From: Dehalococcoidia bacterium
GTDB taxonomy: Bacteria; Chloroflexota; Dehalococcoidia; GIF9; AB-539-J10
DNA: 64,000 bases
Direction: 5' to 3'
Assembly (NCBI GenBank): GCA_030615625.1
Contig: JAUWYX010000002.1
Location: forward strand, 82,722 to 146,721
The notes under the pieces were generated by a model, which saw only the letters and a list, made by a program, of their open reading frames with translations, was not told the origin of the DNA and did not search any database. The position numbers and the translations under genes are program-made. Shown one piece after another: positions 9,852-19,872 of this stretch; positions within the stretch are counted from its first letter, which is position 1; every line of letters begins with the position of its first letter.

Positions 9852-10649
9852 ATGGCAGAACAGGACGTACTCTACACCAAGGAGGATAACATTGGCATAA
9901 TAACGCTTAACCGTGCCGAAAAACTGAATGCGCTAACACACGAAATGCTCCGCAGTATTAATTCAATTATCGAAGACATTAAGAAGGATGGCAAGGTGAG
10001 AGCTGTCATACTGACTGGAAACGGTCGTGCTTTCTCTGCTGGAACCGATATCTCAGGCGAAGTGCCACAGACAGCGGAGGTAGAGATAAACCTTATGAAA
10101 GAGAAGACCTCCACAGAGTACCGCCAGTCAATTTGGTTCTTCAACAGTATTCCCAAGCCAGTGATTTGCGCCATCAACGGGGCCGCCGTAGGCATTGCAG
10201 CCGAATTTTCACTACATTGCGATATCAGAATCGCTGCTGAAAGTGCCAGGTGGGGACAGGTGTTCGTCTTGAGAGGCATGACACCGGACACCGGCGCAGG
10301 GACTTATCTTCTACCTCGCATCGTGGGACTATCCAAAGCCTGTGAACTGGTATTCTCAGGAGATATCATCGACGCTCAAGAGATGCTGCGAATAGGACTG
10401 GTGAGCAAAGTTGTGCCTGACGCAGAATTGATGCCCACAGCTATAGCAATGGCCAAGAAGCTAACCAGAGGTGCCCCTTTAGCAGTACAGATGGCTAAGC
10501 AATTGATGTATAGAGGCCTTGAGCAAACCATGGAAGCTCACCAGGAGGCTGCGCGCTACTGCTTCCAGTTAAGTTGCAAGACAGAGGATGTCCAGGAAGG
10601 CATCGTATCCTTCTTTGAAAAGAGGGAGCCTCGCTGGAAAGGCAAATAG
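9852..10649 (+). CDS. Enoyl-CoA hydratase/isomerase (crotonase) family protein
   Basis: Crotonase-fold motifs (ITLNRAEKLNAL, AVILTGNGRAFSAGTDI, ICAINGAAVGI). The ATG at 9852 follows AAAGGAGG. Confidence 0.8.
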   Translation: MAEQDVLYTKEDNIGIITLNRAEKLNALTHEMLRSINSIIEDIKKDGKVRAVILTGNGRAFSAGTDISGEVPQTAEVEINLMKEKTSTEYRQSIWFFNSIPKPVICAINGAAVGIAAEFSLHCDIRIAAESARWGQVFVLRGMTPDTGAGTYLLPRIVGLSKACELVFSGDIIDAQEMLRIGLVSKVVPDAELMPTAIAMAKKLTRGAPLAVQMAKQLMYRGLEQTMEAHQEAARYCFQLSCKTEDVQEGIVSFFEKREPRWKGK

Positions 10650-10810
10650 CCTGTCAGTCAGTGCGTTTGCCTGTCTTGAAGGCTCCCGAGGTTTCGTGGA
10701 GGAGAAAGCCTGTTTTTAACGCGAAATAGGAACACTTATGCCTGCGTGAATGTGCTGGATTAACCGCTTAGATGCTATAATCAAAACAAATAACAGAAGG
10801 AGGAAACACG

Positions 10811-11821
10811 ATGTTTAAAACACGCATAACCGAGCTTTTCGGTATCAAGTATCCTATCACCCAGGGTGGAATGATGTGGATTTCCCGGGCAGAACTGGTA
10901 GCCGCAGTGTCCAACGCCGGAGGGCTCGGCATTATCACGGCATTTACATTTCCAACCCCCGCGGAGCTGGCCGCTGAAATCAAAAAGACCAGAGCACTTA
11001 CTGATAAGCCCTTCGGGGTAAATATAACGCTGTTGCCCACTCTTCACCCTGTGGATATTGACGGCTATTTAGATGCGGTCATCAATTCTGGAATAAAGAT
11101 TGTGGAAACAGCCGGCAGAAGCCCGGAGCCATATATGGAGCGGCTTAAGGCGGCTGGAGTAAAGGTGATACACAAGTGCACCGCAGTCCGCTTCGCTCGC
11201 ACCGCTCAGCGAATAGGCTGCGACGCCGTTAGCATTGATGGTTTTGAGTGCGCCGGACACCCTGGCGAAGAGGACGTTACTTCCCTCGTCTTGATTCCTC
11301 TGACTGCTGATGCTGTAGAAATTCCCGTTATTGCCTCTGGAGGCTTCGGCGATGGGCGTGGTCTTGTTGCCGCCCTGGCACTGGGAGCAGAAGCAGTCAA
11401 TATGGGTACCCGCTTCATGGCAACTAAAGAGGCGCCAGGACATGCCAAAGTAAAAGAATTCTTAATCACAGCATCGGAGCGTGACACAGTATTGTTGCTG
11501 CGCTCATTCCGTAACACGATGAGAGCATTGAAAAACCCCACAGCCGAAAAGGTGCTCGAGCTGGAAAAGCAAGGTGCCGATATACATCAACTGGAATCGC
11601 TCATCAGTGGTAGGGTAGGTCTGAACCTGCTTGAATCAGGTGATATCGATAACGGCTTGCTTAGCGTGGGGCAGGTAATAGGCCTTGTTCATGACATTCC
11701 CACGGTCAAGGAGTTGATAGACAGGATAGTAAAGGAAGCTGAGGAGGTTGTCTCCAATATAGCCGCCGGCGGCATTTTCAAGCCACTGCGCAAGCCGACT
11801 GATGTCGCAAATAAGCAGTAA
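10811..11821 (+). CDS. Nitronate monooxygenase / 2-nitropropane dioxygenase (NMO, FabK-like) family flavoprotein
   Basis: N-terminus MFKTRITELFGIKYPITQGGMMWISRAELVAAVSNAGGLGII is the NMO family signature. RBS AGGAGG upstream. Confidence 0.75.
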   Translation: MFKTRITELFGIKYPITQGGMMWISRAELVAAVSNAGGLGIITAFTFPTPAELAAEIKKTRALTDKPFGVNITLLPTLHPVDIDGYLDAVINSGIKIVETAGRSPEPYMERLKAAGVKVIHKCTAVRFARTAQRIGCDAVSIDGFECAGHPGEEDVTSLVLIPLTADAVEIPVIASGGFGDGRGLVAALALGAEAVNMGTRFMATKEAPGHAKVKEFLITASERDTVLLLRSFRNTMRALKNPTAEKVLELEKQGADIHQLESLISGRVGLNLLESGDIDNGLLSVGQVIGLVHDIPTVKELIDRIVKEAEEVVSNIAAGGIFKPLRKPTDVANKQ

Positions 11822-11906
11822 ACCCTGTCAATTATAGATAGGCTCATAATGGCAGGGGTTACCATGCTATTAATCATACAGGAGGATGGGTTCTGTTCTA
11901 TTTTAG

Positions 11907-12176
11907 TTGATGATGACAGAGATAAATATCACCAAAGTTGTTGTTAAGTGGGTAGATGCTAAAATTTACCCAGGGATGCATAAGTCTAGCGAAGCATTAG
12001 AACGCAAGATGGACACATTTGAGAGCTTAGGATACCTTATTGAAAAGAATGACCAAGCCACTATTATCGCTCATGAAATTACAGATGAAGGCGAATATCG
12101 GGATGTGCTTTTGATACCTAGTGGCTCTGTCATATCCATTTACGAATTAGTAACCAGCCCACTCGATAATAGCTAG
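11907..12176 (+). CDS. Hypothetical small protein (89 aa) at the edge of a low-GC island
   Basis: Open frame in an AT-rich segment. No recognisable motif. Confidence 0.3.
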   Translation: MMMTEINITKVVVKWVDAKIYPGMHKSSEALERKMDTFESLGYLIEKNDQATIIAHEITDEGEYRDVLLIPSGSVISIYELVTSPLDNS

Positions 12177-12522
12177 GTTACTTCCTTACCTACTTCTTCG
12201 ATTGTCGTTTTCTGATTCGGGGCTTGTTCCAATATGGACTCCGACAGTTTGGACACAATGTTGGTTTTGCTACCTTGGGTATCCATTTATATTCACACCT
12301 CTTGCACTCAAGAAGTCTAAACCTTAGCCGTCTGGTCATATACAAACCTCCCTATAGACGGGCTTGATATTATCATACAATGATAACAACTCAATGTCAA
12401 TACTTTATTGGCATTGACATACCTATAGCATATATGCTAGAAAAAGCTTGCGTCTGGAATGAGTCGCTTAGCGTCTCGTATTGGGGCGTGAACCCCAAAA
12501 GTCCAGTCGCTTTTTTATTGTC

Positions 12523-13458
12523 ATGTATCTTTGTTACCTTGACGAATCTGGGACTGCAGATATTCCTGGTAGTACCTCACACTATGTACTCGCTGGGCTA
12601 TCTATTCCTTACTCAAACTGGAAGAACCAAGATAAAGAAATTGAGCAAATAAAAGGAAAATATGGTCTTCAGGACACTGAGCTCCATGTTGGTTGGATGC
12701 TTAGACAATACAAAGAGGAGTCAAAAATTCCGAATTTCTTGAAGCTAAGTTTTACACAAAGAAGGTCTAAAGTAAAGCAATTGCAGAAAGCAACCCTACT
12801 GAGACTTCAAAAGACAGGAGGCTCAGCCCATAAGCAAGTCAAGAAAAACTTTGCACAAACTGATGGATATATTCACCTCACTTACCAAGAAAGAGTGCAG
12901 GTCGTGATGGAGGTTGCGACTCGTGTATCACGATGGGGCAATGCTAGATTGTTTGCAGAATGTGTGGACAAGGTTTTCTTCGACCCCGCTCGCACTGGGA
13001 GGACTGTTGCTGAACAGGCTTTTGAACAAGTTGTTACAAGGTTCGAACATTACCTGCAACTAATAGGTGCCAAAGACCCCATTCCTGAACTATGCTATGG
13101 TCTATTAATCCATGATAATAATGAGACAGTTGCCAAGAGACATACAGCTTTGATGAAAGATTATTATAAGAAGGGAACTAGCTACCTGTCTTTAGAACGT
13201 ACAATCGAGACACCATTGTTTGTTGATAGCCAACTTACATGTATGGTACAAATCGCTGACCTATGTGCATACGGATTGCGTAGATATCTTGAGAATGGCG
13301 AAGAAAATATATTCAAGCTCGTAATGAAGAGGGCAGACAGAAAACAGGGAGAACTCGTTGGTATAAGGCATTATACCGATTCAAGCTGTACCTGCAAAAT
13401 CTGCTCTCAACGCAGAACTCCTACGGGCGTACAAGCTGACTTGCCCCTATCCATTTAA
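12523..13458 (+). CDS. DUF3800 family protein
   Basis: N-terminal MYLCYLDESGT matches the DUF3800 (YxDESG) signature. Start trimmed to the ATG at 12523. Lies in an AT-rich segment. Confidence 0.6.
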   Translation: MYLCYLDESGTADIPGSTSHYVLAGLSIPYSNWKNQDKEIEQIKGKYGLQDTELHVGWMLRQYKEESKIPNFLKLSFTQRRSKVKQLQKATLLRLQKTGGSAHKQVKKNFAQTDGYIHLTYQERVQVVMEVATRVSRWGNARLFAECVDKVFFDPARTGRTVAEQAFEQVVTRFEHYLQLIGAKDPIPELCYGLLIHDNNETVAKRHTALMKDYYKKGTSYLSLERTIETPLFVDSQLTCMVQIADLCAYGLRRYLENGEENIFKLVMKRADRKQGELVGIRHYTDSSCTCKICSQRRTPTGVQADLPLSI

Positions 13459-13588
13459 CGACTCAATTTATGACAGGCTATACCTTCTATGCCCGAATTT
13501 TCTATCAACTTCAACCAACAGTACAGGAGGATGTGGTGCCTTGAGTCCTTGGGCTGATGGAGATATAATATGATTTTCCGGAATAATT

Positions 13589-14293
13589 GTGGAGGTGGCT
13601 GGAGTGTCCACTCGAGATACTCAGGCAATCCAAGGGCTGAAAAGTGCTATTGCTGAAGGCAAGAATTGGTATGTGGCCGTGCTTGAAGCCACTCGCCTCT
13701 GGAGTAGTCCTGAAGAGGACTACGACGGGCGACATTATCAATATCTTGTTGACAACGAAGCTTTCGATTGGCTAGTTCTGGCGGAGAGGTTATGTGAAGA
13801 GCTCGATGGACTTATTTCAGAAAAGGAGCGGGCAAATCTTCTCTTCTTCGGTATACCACCAATAGAATTATCTAAAGACGAGTTTAAAAATATAATTGGT
13901 GACTTTAAATACCAGGCTCACCTCAACTATTTCTATGGCATTCTTGTGGAAAAATTTCTCATTTTGGCTGTAACTGAAGAGATACGAAAGAAAAAGAGAG
14001 TTTTAGGTTTGAACAACGATAACGGAATAGTTGATGAGGCCTACCAACGCATTTATGATGCCACTCAATTTGCCCTTTTAAAGCAGTTTAGAAAAGAAAG
14101 ACATTATCCTCAGCTCAGGTCTATAAGCCTGAGCGAGCTTAATGAATTTACCTATTGGCTATTTAAATATCGTATAAAAGGGCGTGATAAATCCCGCGTG
14201 GCCAGCGATACTAAAAAAGCCCTGACAAAGTTGCACGGGTTATTGAAGCTAAAAACTAAATCGCTCCGCTTTTCACCTTCAGAAAGCCAATAA
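13589..14293 (+). CDS. Hypothetical protein (about 234 aa), island-associated; start uncertain
   Basis: Long open frame in the AT-rich segment, convergent with valS. No recognisable domain. Confidence 0.4.
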   Translation: MEVAGVSTRDTQAIQGLKSAIAEGKNWYVAVLEATRLWSSPEEDYDGRHYQYLVDNEAFDWLVLAERLCEELDGLISEKERANLLFFGIPPIELSKDEFKNIIGDFKYQAHLNYFYGILVEKFLILAVTEEIRKKKRVLGLNNDNGIVDEAYQRIYDATQFALLKQFRKERHYPQLRSISLSELNEFTYWLFKYRIKGRDKSRVASDTKKALTKLHGLLKLKTKSLRFSPSESQ

Positions 14294-14311
14294 CTCTTAG
14301 CTATCAGCCGA

Positions 14312-16969
14312 TTAAGAGCTCAGTTGAGATAATTCTTGGTGTAACCTTTTCAATTTATCTTCGAACATAGCAAGCTTTTGTTTCTCTCTTTCAATAACCT
14401 GAGATGGCGCTTTGCTTAAAAAGGCGTTATCTCTTAGCCTGGCTTCAAGTTGGGCGATTCTTCCTTTGATTTCCTCACTTTCCTTTACCAGTCGTTGTTC
14501 TTCAATACGCCGGTCCACCATGCCCGCCAAAGGCACAACTACCTCAGCCTCTTTCAACACCAAAACCAGGGCTTTATCTTTAGTGGGTCCTCTTTCCTGA
14601 CGACCGAGTATTGTTAAGGGGCGAACTTTAGCCAGTGTTTCTATTATATTTGCTTGTGTGATAAGACTCGAAAGAAGCTCACCAGTATAGACTTGGGCTT
14701 CAATCCATCTGGTTGGCCCTACCTTATATTGAGCCCGAACGTTACGAATAGAGCGGATAACCTCTACTACAGAATCCATCACCCGCTCTGCTTCTGGAGC
14801 AAAGGCTTTATCGTCAGCGAGGGGATAAGGAGCTATCATTATAGAAGCTGGCATTTGCCCCTTGTCAGGTAGACGCTGCTTCAAGCTTTGCCAGAGCTCC
14901 TCGGTAACGAAAGGCATGAAAGGATGCAGAAAGCGCAGTGATTTCTCCAATGTATTGGCCAGGAAGGGCAAAGGTGAAGGGGTTAACTGGCTACGAAGCC
15001 GTATCTTAGCAATTTCAATATACCAATCACAGAACTTCGACCAGACAAAATCGTAAATCTGCTGCTCTGCTTCACCAAATTGGAACTCTTCCATCAGCTC
15101 GGTAACATTTTTGACAAGCTTGTTGAGCTGGCCATCAATCCATTGGTCTTCTATTCTCTGCGGTTGGAGCTCTATTGCCTGAGCTTCTAGCCTTTCAGCG
15201 TCCAGGCTCTGAAGGATAAATCTGGTGGCATTCCACAATTTATTAACAAAATTGCGGCTGGATTCCAATTTGCCTTTGCCCAGATTTATATCATTCCCCG
15301 GTGAACCCCCAGTAGTTAGAGCAAAGCGGAGAGCATCAACACCATACTTGCTTATAGCTTCGGCAGGGTTTATAACATTCCCTCGCAATTTGCTCATCTT
15401 TTCTCCGCTTTCATCGCGAATCAGGCCATGGAGGTAAACAGTGCAGAAAGGTATCTCGCCGGTATCCTCCAGTCCCATCATAATCATCCTGGCAACCCAG
15501 AAGAAAAGGATGTCATAGCCCGTTTCCATTACCGAGCCGGGATAGAAATAGCGGAGGTCATCAGTGTCCTCTGGCCAGCCCAGCGTAGAATGTGGCCATA
15601 GCGCTGAGCTAAACCAGGTGTCAAGGACATCAGGGTCCTGGATGATTTGTTTTGAACCACAATGAGTACATGCTGTCGGTTCATCTATCGAGGCAGTCAC
15701 CTCAGCACAGCCCTGACAGTACCATACAGGGATGCGATGTCCCCACCATAGTTGTCGGCTGATACACCAATCTTTGATATTTTCCATCCAGTCAAAATAT
15801 ATCTTGGCGAAGCGTTCCGGCATTATAGTGACCCTGCCATCTTCGACAGCCTCGATAGCAGCTTTAGCTAAGGGCTGTGTTTGGACAAACCATTGCAGGC
15901 TGACTTTGGGTTCAATCATCGTCTGGCAACGACCACAATGTCCTACCGAATGAAAATAAGGCTCTATCTTCTCCAAAAGCTTTTTGTCTTCCAGGTCGGC
16001 TAATACCTTATCTCGACAGGCAAATCTTTCCAGTCCGTGGTAGGGCCCGGCGTTTTCGTTCATAGTAGCATCAGGGTTCATGATATTTACCAAGGGCAAA
16101 TTATGTCTCTGGGCTACTTCGAAGTCTGTGGGGTCATGGGCTGGAGTTATCTTCAACGCTCCGGTGCCGAAAGAAGTATCAACAGCCTCATCAGCAATTA
16201 TGGGGATTTCCTTACCTATAATAGGGAGGGTGACACTTCGGCCTATGAGATTCTTGTAGCGCTCATCTTCGGGATTTACCGCCACAGCCGTGTCGCCGAG
16301 GAAAGTTTCCGGTCGGGTAGTAGCTACGGTGACGAAACCTTCGCTTTGAGTTAGAGGATAGCGAATATAATAAAGATGTCCGACAATATCTTTATGCTCT
16401 ACCTCGAGGTCGGAGAGGGCAGTTTGGCAGCGGGGACACCAGTTTATCATTCGCTCCCCACGATAGATTAACCCCCTGTTGTACAAACGTACAAAGGCAG
16501 TACGGACTGCTTTGCTCGGACCTTCATCCAGGGTGAAGCGCTCCCTTGTCCAATCACAAGAAGCTCCCAAGAGTTGGTGTTGACGCCTGATATTCTCCCG
16601 GCTCTTATCAGCCCATTCCCAGGTCAATTTAGTGAAATTCTCTCTGCCTATCTCCTCCTTGGTTCGCCCTTGTTTAGCCAGTTGCTGTTCCACAACCACT
16701 TGCGTGGCGATGCCAGCGTGGTCGGTCCCCGGTAACCATAAGGTGGGCTCTCCCCTCATTCTGTGCCACCTGACCATAATATCCTCCAGTGTCGCGGTTA
16801 GCGCATGCCCCAGGTGGAGCTCACCAGTAACGTTAGGAGGCGGCATGATAATGACAAAAGGCTTCTTATTGGGATCTATCTTAGGAGAAAAATAGCCCTG
16901 CTGGAGCCAGAAATCATGCCATTTCTTTTCTATCTTGCCTGGCTCATAGGCTTTAGGTACTTCGGACAT
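14312..16969 (-). CDS. valS: Valine--tRNA ligase
   Basis: Class I aaRS HIGH-type motif (PPPNVTGELHLGHAL), KMSKS motif (KMSKLRGN), C-terminal coiled coil; 885 aa. Confidence 0.9.
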   Translation of the reverse strand: MSEVPKAYEPGKIEKKWHDFWLQQGYFSPKIDPNKKPFVIIMPPPNVTGELHLGHALTATLEDIMVRWHRMRGEPTLWLPGTDHAGIATQVVVEQQLAKQGRTKEEIGRENFTKLTWEWADKSRENIRRQHQLLGASCDWTRERFTLDEGPSKAVRTAFVRLYNRGLIYRGERMINWCPRCQTALSDLEVEHKDIVGHLYYIRYPLTQSEGFVTVATTRPETFLGDTAVAVNPEDERYKNLIGRSVTLPIIGKEIPIIADEAVDTSFGTGALKITPAHDPTDFEVAQRHNLPLVNIMNPDATMNENAGPYHGLERFACRDKVLADLEDKKLLEKIEPYFHSVGHCGRCQTMIEPKVSLQWFVQTQPLAKAAIEAVEDGRVTIMPERFAKIYFDWMENIKDWCISRQLWWGHRIPVWYCQGCAEVTASIDEPTACTHCGSKQIIQDPDVLDTWFSSALWPHSTLGWPEDTDDLRYFYPGSVMETGYDILFFWVARMIMMGLEDTGEIPFCTVYLHGLIRDESGEKMSKLRGNVINPAEAISKYGVDALRFALTTGGSPGNDINLGKGKLESSRNFVNKLWNATRFILQSLDAERLEAQAIELQPQRIEDQWIDGQLNKLVKNVTELMEEFQFGEAEQQIYDFVWSKFCDWYIEIAKIRLRSQLTPSPLPFLANTLEKSLRFLHPFMPFVTEELWQSLKQRLPDKGQMPASIMIAPYPLADDKAFAPEAERVMDSVVEVIRSIRNVRAQYKVGPTRWIEAQVYTGELLSSLITQANIIETLAKVRPLTILGRQERGPTKDKALVLVLKEAEVVVPLAGMVDRRIEEQRLVKESEEIKGRIAQLEARLRDNAFLSKAPSQVIEREKQKLAMFEDKLKRLHQELSQLSS

Positions 16970-17061
16970 TAACTCTAAACCTGTCTTAGCTATCGGCTGT
17001 CAGATGAAAGAAATCTTGATATCTGAACAAACTCAAAATTCCAAATTCAAAGCTTGTTTGG

Positions 17062-18261
17062 TCATCGGGATTTTGGCTTTGGAAGAAGCTCCACCACCCT
17101 ATCCAAGACCCTTTCAGCCACCTCTCGCTTAGCCAGTAGAGGCAAGCTATCAATCTTGCCCTCTTGGTCAATTATGGTTACCTTATTGGTGTCAACGCCA
17201 AAGCCACTATCACTAGCTGTAATATCATTGGCCACGATAAAGTCAAGTCCCTTTTGCTGGAGTTTCTGCTTAGCATTTTTCACCAGGTTACTGCTCTCAG
17301 CGGCAAAGCCTACTTTAATGAAATTTCCTTTGACACTGCCTAAGATATCCGGGGGGCATTCCAGCTCTAAGGTTAACCCTGCCTCTCTTTTTTTAATCTT
17401 ATCTTTAGCCGCCTTTATCGGACGGTAATCAGCTACGGCGGCTGCCATAATGAGAGCATCAGCCTGGGAAGTTACCTTCACTACTGCTTGACGCATTTCC
17501 TGGGCTGTGCCGACTTTGATGACATCAACGCCTACGGGCTCGGGTAACGAGATAGGTGCTGTAACCAATGTTACTTTAGCTCCCCGGTCACGGGCTGCTT
17601 CAGCCAGAGCATAGCCCATTTTCCCCGATGAGCGGTTGCTGATGTAGCGAACCGGGTCGATAGGCTCTTGGGTACCGCCTGCGGTAACCACGATATGCTT
17701 GCCAGCCAGGTCTCCACCCCTCCCCAATACCTTGCGGATGTTGCCTATAATATCATCGATATCGGCGAGTCGCCCCAGACCTTCTTTACCCGAGGCTAGC
17801 CAGCCCGTGGCTGGACCAATAATCACAAAGTTGCGAGCTTTAAGCTTGGACAAATTGTCCTGGGTGATTGGATTATTGTACATGTTGGTTTCCATAGCTG
17901 GGGCTATGGCCACCGGCGCCTTGGTAGCCAGCACCGTGCAGCATAGCATGTCGTCAGCAATGCCCGCAGCCAGTTTGGCAATTATATTAGCTGTAGCAGG
18001 AGCAATGACTACTATATCGGCAGCTTCCGCCAAAGAGACATGTTCAATACTGAATTCTGAAGCCAAATCAAACATTTCAGTAACTAAAGGCCTACCGGTA
18101 ATGGCCCGGAGGGTGATGGGTGATATGAACTGGATGGCTTCTTTGGTCATAATTACATTCACATTGGCCCCTGCCTGAGTTAGCTGGCTGGCAATCTCTG
18201 CTGCTTTGTAGGCAGCAATACTCCCTGTTATCCCTAAAACTATAGTTTTGTTGCTAAGCAT
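17062..18261 (-). CDS. coaBC: Bifunctional phosphopantothenoylcysteine decarboxylase / phosphopantothenate--cysteine ligase
   Basis: Flavoprotein N-terminal domain (IVLGITGSIAAYKAAE) and the CoaB ligase C-terminal domain. It overlaps the downstream coaX by 1 nt. Confidence 0.9.
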   Translation of the reverse strand: MLSNKTIVLGITGSIAAYKAAEIASQLTQAGANVNVIMTKEAIQFISPITLRAITGRPLVTEMFDLASEFSIEHVSLAEAADIVVIAPATANIIAKLAAGIADDMLCCTVLATKAPVAIAPAMETNMYNNPITQDNLSKLKARNFVIIGPATGWLASGKEGLGRLADIDDIIGNIRKVLGRGGDLAGKHIVVTAGGTQEPIDPVRYISNRSSGKMGYALAEAARDRGAKVTLVTAPISLPEPVGVDVIKVGTAQEMRQAVVKVTSQADALIMAAAVADYRPIKAAKDKIKKREAGLTLELECPPDILGSVKGNFIKVGFAAESSNLVKNAKQKLQQKGLDFIVANDITASDSGFGVDTNKVTIIDQEGKIDSLPLLAKREVAERVLDRVVELLPKPKSR

Positions 18262-19031
18262 TACTGTTCCTTGTTCATTTCATAAATGAAACGCAGTCCA
18301 ATTAAGGTTAAATTGGGATTTATTACGTCTATGGCTGCTATCTCTTCGGCAAAAGGGTAAGCCTGGCCACCGGTAGCTATCGCCTTTGCTTTGCTTCCCA
18401 ATTCCTGTTCTATTCGCCGAATCATGCCTTCAATAAGCTCAATGTAACCAAATATTATACCTGATTGCATAGCCGCGATAGTATTTCTGCCGATGACTTG
18501 CTTGGGATGGACTAGTTCTATTCGAGGCAACATGGCAGTGCGGGCGAACAATGCTTCACTAGCTATATTAATCCCTGGGGCAATAGCCCCGCCAAGATAA
18601 TCTCCCTCCTTGGAAACAACGTCGAAAGTGGTAGCTGTGCCAAGGTCAATAATTATTAACGGTTTTCCATAGAGGTTCTGGGCAGCCACGGCGTTGACCA
18701 CGCGGTCAGGGCCAACCTCACGAGGATTATCCAGGCGGATGCGCATGCCTGTCTTAACACCAGCTTCGACCACTAAGGGTTTAGTATTTAAATATTTCCT
18801 ACACAGTTCCACGAATGTATACAGCAGCGGTGGCACAACACCACATAATACTACTCCGGTAACCTTTGAAGGCAAGACCTTTTCCCGCTCCATAAGGTTG
18901 AGCACCGCTCCGCCATACTCGTCTGAAGTGCGATGAATGCCGGTAGCTAAATTCCAGGTAGCTTTTAGCCTATCACCATCAAATATACCCAGCTTAACGT
19001 TGGTGTTCCCAATATCAATTGCTAATAACAT
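18261..19031 (-). CDS. coaX: Type III pantothenate kinase
   Basis: MLLAIDIGNTNVKLGIF N-terminus and the second DLGTATTFD phosphate motif typical of CoaX. Confidence 0.85.
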   Translation of the reverse strand: MLLAIDIGNTNVKLGIFDGDRLKATWNLATGIHRTSDEYGGAVLNLMEREKVLPSKVTGVVLCGVVPPLLYTFVELCRKYLNTKPLVVEAGVKTGMRIRLDNPREVGPDRVVNAVAAQNLYGKPLIIIDLGTATTFDVVSKEGDYLGGAIAPGINIASEALFARTAMLPRIELVHPKQVIGRNTIAAMQSGIIFGYIELIEGMIRRIEQELGSKAKAIATGGQAYPFAEEIAAIDVINPNLTLIGLRFIYEMNKEQ

Positions 19032-19128
19032 AGGTGCTTAGCTTTATCTTTATCCTCCTGGCATTATGGACTGAGTATAGCACTACTATCTAATCCATGC
19101 CATTATTGAAGCTCTGGGAAGACGGGCA

Positions 19129-19626
19129 TTAGGTAGAAGCATGATTTTCGCCACCCCCTCCTTGCAAGTCTTGTAACCTCTTGACCATCGCCTGCCAGTG
19201 TGTGCCCTGCCAGTAGATACGATGGCAGGCGGGACATTCCGTATATTGAGTTTGAGTTTCAAAAACGTGAGCGGGGACCAGGTTTTTCACCTCTTCCTTG
19301 CCCCGGGCTATTAATACTTGATTACATTCCAGGCAAAGCGAGAAGGGTTTGAAATGATAATTCAAATTCATCGTTTTCACTACTTCCTGCATCTGGAGTT
19401 TAGGGTCATCTTGTTTAATGAGTATAGTTTTGAGTTTGCCATTTGTGACCAAGCGCCTTTTCATAAATTGAGTATCTTTAGTCAAAATCACCCTGCCCTC
19501 ACTAAGAGCTGTTTTAATCATTTGACCATCGTCTTTTTGCCTAAACAGTAGAGTATCATAGCCAATCAGCCTTAACCATCGAGCCAGTTTGCCAACGTTG
19601 TTATCTGCAATGAATTTAACTTCCAT
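19129..19626 (-). CDS. Mut7-C / DUF82 RNase-like domain protein
   Basis: MEVKFIADNNVGKLARWLRLIGYDT matches the DUF82 (Mut7-C) N-terminus, with C-terminal CxxC...CPxC zinc-ribbon-like cysteines. Start trimmed to the ATG at 19626. Confidence 0.55.
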   Translation of the reverse strand: MEVKFIADNNVGKLARWLRLIGYDTLLFRQKDDGQMIKTALSEGRVILTKDTQFMKRRLVTNGKLKTILIKQDDPKLQMQEVVKTMNLNYHFKPFSLCLECNQVLIARGKEEVKNLVPAHVFETQTQYTECPACHRIYWQGTHWQAMVKRLQDLQGGGGENHAST

Positions 19627-19872
19627 CGCTTGTCCAGAACAAAGGTAATTGATTCGGCTGGAAGGCTTAGAGGTTTCGCCGATGGCAGGTGTTAAAAAAT
19701 ATGCCCACGAATAACAATTCCTATCTATTTTAACATTAATTCCGTGGCTAAAGTAGCTATTGCCACTCACCCCCTTAGATCGTTCATATCGAATCTGCGT
19801 GATTCAGATTATTGACAGAAGACGGTTTTTTTTATATCCTTTGGCTGCAAAAATCTTTAAGGAGGTTAGGAA

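Noticed and set aside
12481-12522. Upstream extension of the DUF3800 ORF (MGREPQKSSRFFIV...)
   Set aside because: DUF3800 proteins start close to the YxDESG motif. The ATG at 12523 gives MYLCYLDESG and is the more plausible start.
16970-17061. T-box leader upstream of valS
   Set aside because: Only ~90 nt separate the valS start from the coaBC stop. That is too short for a T-box riboswitch, and no specifier or T-box consensus was seen.
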